This document shows, in pieces, positions 21,721-26,327 of a DNA stretch of 26,327 nt. Every line of letters starts with the position of its first letter. Positions within the stretch are counted from its first letter, which is position 1. Where the stretch lies: NCBI RefSeq assembly GCF_006345805.1, contig NW_021835625.1:1-26327 (forward strand). Direction: 5' to 3'. The notes beneath the pieces were generated by a model. The model was not told where the DNA came from. It was given only the letters and a program-made list of their open reading frames with translations, and did no database searches. The position numbers and the translations under genes are program-made. Origin of the DNA: Octopus sinensis. Lineage: Eukaryota.

Positions 21721-21913
21721 ATGCTTAGCGGTATTTCGTCTGCCGTTACGTTCTGAGTTCAAATTCCGTCGAGATCGACTTTGCCTTTCATTCTTTCGGG
21801 GTCGATAAATAAAGTATCAGTTTCGCACTGGAGTCGATGTAATCGACTTAATACCTATGTCTGTCCTTGTTTGTCCCCTCTACGTTTAACCCCTTGTGGG
21901 CAATAAAGAAATA
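21721..21913 (+). mobile_element. Family B SINE, 5'-truncated
   Basis: Matches 12807-12990; ends cccttgtgggcaataaagaaata. Confidence 0.9.
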
Positions 21914-22713
21914 TACATTGACTAGATTTTCTACTTTCATTTCCTTAAAAAAAACAAATACAAGAAAACATAGAATGATGCACAGATCAGAGGTACATTT
22001 TTTTTACCTTTTGATGTATAATTAAATGATATTAAACATCATCGTCGTCGTCGTCATTGTCATCACCATCCTCATCACCATCCTCATCAATACCTGAGCA
22101 ATTATCACTTTTACATGTTTTACATTCTTCATTTCGTTCGCTGTCTTTCACAGGTAAATACATATTTAATTGTACATATTGTAATTAACAATTTTATTCA
22201 ATTAACTGTAGACTTTAATTATATTCATTTATTTATAATTAACCCTCGTGAAGGACATGAAAATACAAATTAAAAACAAATGTTTTTATTTTAAATTATA
22301 TTTTTATGTGAAACGGAATATTTTATGCTGCTGCTGCTGCTGCTGCTACTACTACTACTACTACTACTACTACTGTCAGAAAGCGAGGGACCCTCTATTT
22401 TGTGGTTCCTTACTCGACTGGCATAAAATAGCAGCCAAGTAACCCTCGCTTATCACCGTAAGTTAAAAAGATGGATCTGATGAGGCAGTCCTAGATGTAC
22501 TGTATTTGAAATGAATTAATATGATTGGGTCATGGCTGGAGCGCCTTGATCAGTGGTTGACAACATGATCGCACATCGTATACATGTGATGTGCAGTAAG
22601 GTCGTTGCCAAAATGATGATGAGGATGATGATGATGGTGGTGGTAGTGGTGATGATGATGATGATGATGATGCCACAGTTGTTGTTGTCGTTATTATTAT
22701 TATAATTATTATT

Positions 22714-24002
22714 CAGTAGTTTTATTTTTATAGCGTGCTTTCACTTCACTACCGAGCGCAGCTCTGTGTGCCTTGGGTATGTGCTGTGATTTGTTGTGAT
22801 GCTCTGATGGTTATTGTATGGAAAGTGTTCTGCGCAGGATGTGTGCAGTGCCTAGTAGTGCAATTTCTGTATGTTATATGTGTTGTAAGTCCTGGTGTTT
22901 TTGTTATGTATTTGTCTGAATATTTTTTATCATGCCTAATGCACCTACTATGATAGGAATTGTTTCTGTTTTCAGATTCCACATTCTAGTTACCTCTATT
23001 TCAGGTCTTTGTATTTTGAGAGTTCTCTATTTCTTTTAGAGACACGTTGTCATCTGCCGGTATTGATACATCAATTAGAAAGCATTTTTTTTCTTCATGA
23101 TCTCTGACAAACTATATCTGGTCTGGTGGCCTTAATTTCTCTATCTGTGTGTATCGGCATATCCCAGAGTATGGTTGCTTTCTCGTTTTCTGTGACCTTT
23201 TCTGGTGTGTGCCAATACCATCTCTTTCTTTGTTATTCCATAATGTTGGCATAGCTTCAATGTATGTAGGTTCCAACTCTGTCATGTCTGTGAATATATT
23301 CCTTCTTAGCCAGGACTGGGCAGCTAGAGATAATATGATTTATTGTTTCTTGTCCATCTCCACATATTCTGCAGTTACTTGTAATATTTCTTTTCATTAC
23401 ATGTTTTTGGTTAATTTGGTGGGGGAGGCTTTGGTATTGTGCTGCAATTAAAAATCCCTCTGTTCTTCTGCTTTGAGTCCTGAGCTTCTCAACCATTGCT
23501 GGGATTTTCTTGTCTATTTCTTTTGCGTTTAGTTTAGTGCAGTATTTTACCATGAAGGGGCTTTTCTTGCCATCGTTTTATCATGGTCGTTGCTGTTCTA
23601 TTTTAGTTTGGATTCATTGTTTTATAGCTTTTGTTGTTTCTTCATCTTCTTCTTCTCTTCTTCTTCATGTTTATTAGGTGGTATGATTTCTTGTTTTATT
23701 TGTCAGCTTCCTTAAATACTGAGAACAGTTTTTTGTTTTGCTCGTGTTTTGCTGCTATCTGGATCAGTTTTCCTTCCTTCTGAAGTAGGTATTTTTTGTA
23801 GTCATGGTGGTTATTTTTATAGTAGTGTTCCAGCTGTATAAGGCCTCTACCACCTTCTATACGTTGTATATATAGTTTTTCTATGTCAGATTTTGGGTGA
23901 TGCATCCTAGATCCTGTCATTATTTTTTTGTTTTCCTATCAATTTTGGACTGTTCATTTCGTGTCCAGTTAAGGATATTGTAGCTGTAACATAACTGGGA
24001 CA

Positions 24003-24003
<1 letters not shown>
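22714..24003 (-). mobile_element. 5'-truncated R4/Dong-like non-LTR retrotransposon (restriction-like endonuclease type) inside (TAA)n
   Basis: (ATT)n on both sides (22691-22713, 24004-24049); ORF remnant below; ~100-bp 3' UTR. Confidence 0.85.
22811..24003 (-). pseudogene. Frameshifted C-terminal ORF: post-RT region, CCHC and PD..D RLE endonuclease
   Basis: MTGSRMHHPKSDIEKLYIQRIEGGRGLIQLE..EGFLIAAQ..CRICGDGQETINHIISSCPVLAKKEYIHRHD..ILWDMPIHTDREIKATRPDIVV..LIDVSIPADDNV..GTAHILRRTLSIQ* (stop 22811-22813). The RT catalytic core is absent. Confidence 0.85.
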
Positions 24004-24054
<51 letters not shown>

Positions 24055-24127
24055 TTCAATCTATTATCATTGTTATTATTATTATTGTTTTGTTGTTGTT
24101 GTTGTTCTTATCCTTTATTGTTGTAAG

Positions 24128-24280
24128 CTATGGACTGCGGTCATGCTGGGGCACCGCCTTGAAGGCTTCAGCCGAACAAATCGACGCCAATACTTATTAT
24201 ATTTTAAGATTAGTAAGTATTCTATCGGTATCGTATGCCGGACTGATAGCTTGCAGGGACGTTAACAAACCAACACTACT
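24128..24280 (-). mobile_element. Diverged 3' half of a family A-related SINE
   Basis: gactgcggtcatgctggggcaccgcc..tattctatcggt.. aligns with 10095-10230. Confidence 0.7.
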
Positions 24281-24416
24281 TACACACACACACACACGCA
24301 CGCACACTCACACACATATAAGAACTCAAATTAGGTAATCAACCTTTTTACAAACGCATGGAATAACTATAGATTCCATTTTGAATATATTTGCACGTAT
24401 CGACATACAAAATATA

Positions 24417-25085
24417 TTCGGTTGCCAACTAAGTTCCCGCCGTTTTTTTTTTTTTAATTTTGGAATTTATTGCGTTTTTAAATTTTAGAATCTATTTTTT
24501 GCACGAATTCTATTTTTGAATCATTTTGGAATCTATTTTGCTTCGTTTTGTTTTTTGTTTTTTTCGAGTTGATTCTTGTTTATTTTCAGATCATTAAAAT
24601 GGAATGTCAAAAAACGAGTATTTTTGACACCTCCTTGTTTTTTGCTTTTAATCAAGGTTCTAAGGCCGCAAAAGCTGCTCGCGACATTTGTGCTGTGTAT
24701 GAAGAGGGCGCCATAGCTGAAAGAACCGCTCCTAATTGGTATGCCAAGTTCAAAAATGGAAATTTTGACCTCAAAGACGCATATCGTTCTGGCCGTCCAG
24801 TTGAGTTCGATGAAGAGCGATTAAACCAACTTTTGCACGAAAATTCTCGTCAAGCGACAAGGGAACTGGCAGAGAAAATGGAATGCTCCCACACTGCTAT
24901 AGAGAAGCATCTTCACTCGATGGGAAAGGTTCAGAAGTATGGAGCATGGGTTCCGCATGTTTTAAGTGACAACAACAAAAATCAACGAGCCACGACTATT
25001 CAAGAGAAAATACCTAATCGGCAGCATGGAGTTCTTCTGCTGCACGACAACGCCCGCCCTCATATCACCAGTATGACCAAGGAAG
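24417..25085 (+). mobile_element. Mariner (Hsmar1/cecropia-like) 5' part with an in-frame internal deletion; right end missing
   Basis: TA then TIR ttcggttgccaactaagttcccgccgttt. ORF from ATG 24599 has HTH (..FKNGNFDLKD..RSGRP..), WVPHVL, then jumps directly to EKIPNRQHGVLLLHDNARPH. Confidence 0.9.
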
Positions 25086-25089
25086 CGTT

Positions 25090-25185
25090 TGCGTTTTGAG
25101 TTTAAAATCCTTCGAGTTCGATTTAGCTGTTTCTCCTTCAGGTTTCATAAAATAAGTACCAGTCACGCACTGGGGGCTGAGGTAA
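25090..25185 (+). mobile_element. Diverged family B-like SINE fragment truncating the mariner
   Basis: ttttgagtttaaaatcc..cataaaataagtaccagtcacgcactggggg resembles the family B core. Confidence 0.55.
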
Positions 25186-25940
25186 CTGACCACAAAAAAA
25201 TCGGGTGCCATGTCTTTCTGTTTTGTTATATATTGCAGAAGCCACAAGTCCATTATCAGAAAATTCTATTCAAGTGATTGCGCGCGCGTGTGTGTTGGTA
25301 GAGGGGAGAAGTCCACGCGCGTGCATGCTTATATGCATGTCTTTGGGAGCATGCACGCGCGCGTGTGTGTGTGTGTGTGCGCGCGCTTTTATTTTCTTGA
25401 GAATGCTCGTTTTACGTATCAAGATTTACTCTACACTGCAAACCACTTCAGCCCAAAATACCGAGTGAAAAAGGAGTGACCAGCAGAGAGAGATGACGGT
25501 GGAAGTGGGAGTGTGAGATTAGAAGGAGAGGGGAAAATTCAAAGAGAGAGAGGTGGGAGATAGAGAGGTGTAGGAGTAGTGACGAAGCTACGGTTCTGTA
25601 TTTATCGCCTTTCACAGTATCTCCTTACATCTTATTTACAAATCCTTTTCATGAGTGTATATGTGAAGGAGAGAGAGAGGAGGGGCTGAAAGTGAGAGTG
25701 GGGTTATGGTAGTGTGAGCTATGAAGGTTAAGTTCATCCTGGAGCACAGATTTCAAAGTTGAATGTCCTTTCTCTCAACAAGTAGATGCATGTTCCTGGC
25801 TAATATTTTGGGAGGAGTTCTACGCGCGCGCACACCCAAGACAAATACCTCTGTGTATATGTGTGTGTGTCTGTGTCTATGTGTGTGCTTGCATTAATGT
25901 ATGTGTGCGTGTATGCATGCAGTTATACATACATACATAC

Positions 25941-25973
<33 letters not shown>

Positions 25974-25997
25974 TGTATATATATATATATATATATA

Positions 25998-26067
<70 letters not shown>

Positions 26068-26130
26068 TGTATGTATGAATGTGTGTGTTGTGTGTATGTA
26101 TGTATGTAATTTATTCAAATGACTAAAGCA

Positions 26131-26249
26131 AGTTCCTGGCTCAGTCTCACTGCGTAGCACCTTCGGCAAATGTCTTCTGCTATAGCCGCCGGGCCGACCA
26201 AAGCCTTGTGAGTGGATTTGGTAGACGGAACTGAAAGAAGCCCATCATA
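26131..26249 (+). mobile_element. Family A SINE head, followed by (TG)/(TA)/(GATA)n to the window end
   Basis: ctcagtctcactgcgtagcaccttcggcaaatgtcttctgctatagcc..gaccaaagccttgtgagtggatttggtagacgg. Confidence 0.85.
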
Positions 26250-26251
26250 TA

Positions 26252-26327
<76 letters not shown>

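Noticed and set aside
22478-22515. ctgatgaggcagt..actgtatttgaaa hammerhead-like string
   Set aside because: The stem is not adjacent to GAAA and there is no stem I or NUH arrangement.

Overview
This is AT-rich, microsatellite-saturated eukaryotic DNA with no recognisable host protein-coding exon. The SINE, LINE and microsatellite landscape resembles octopus/cephalopod genomes; this assignment is an inference and was not searched. Almost all long ORFs in the track are translations of simple repeats. The window is a mosaic of mobile elements: tRNA-type SINEs of two or three families, three mariner remnants, a non-autonomous Helitron, a Tx1/L1-clade LINE (two copies, both inside (GATA)n), an R4/Dong-like RLE retrotransposon inside (TAA)n, an RTE 3' end and a Penelope-type GIY-YIG remnant. 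The best candidate for an undescribed system is 6344-8216. It is an ORF-less array of ~475-480 bp units arranged in tandem and then inverted, flanked by (AT)n. Each unit carries a type I hammerhead ribozyme motif (AGGCCUG-CUGAUGA-stem II-GAAA-stem III-AUA|CAGGCCU), consistent with a retrozyme or Penelope pLTR-like element that could release a circular RNA. Two further notable features are an ungapped ~41-nt 3' tail shared by one SINE family and the (GATA)n-associated Tx1 LINE, and a ~760-bp near-perfect palindrome at 10716-11478.
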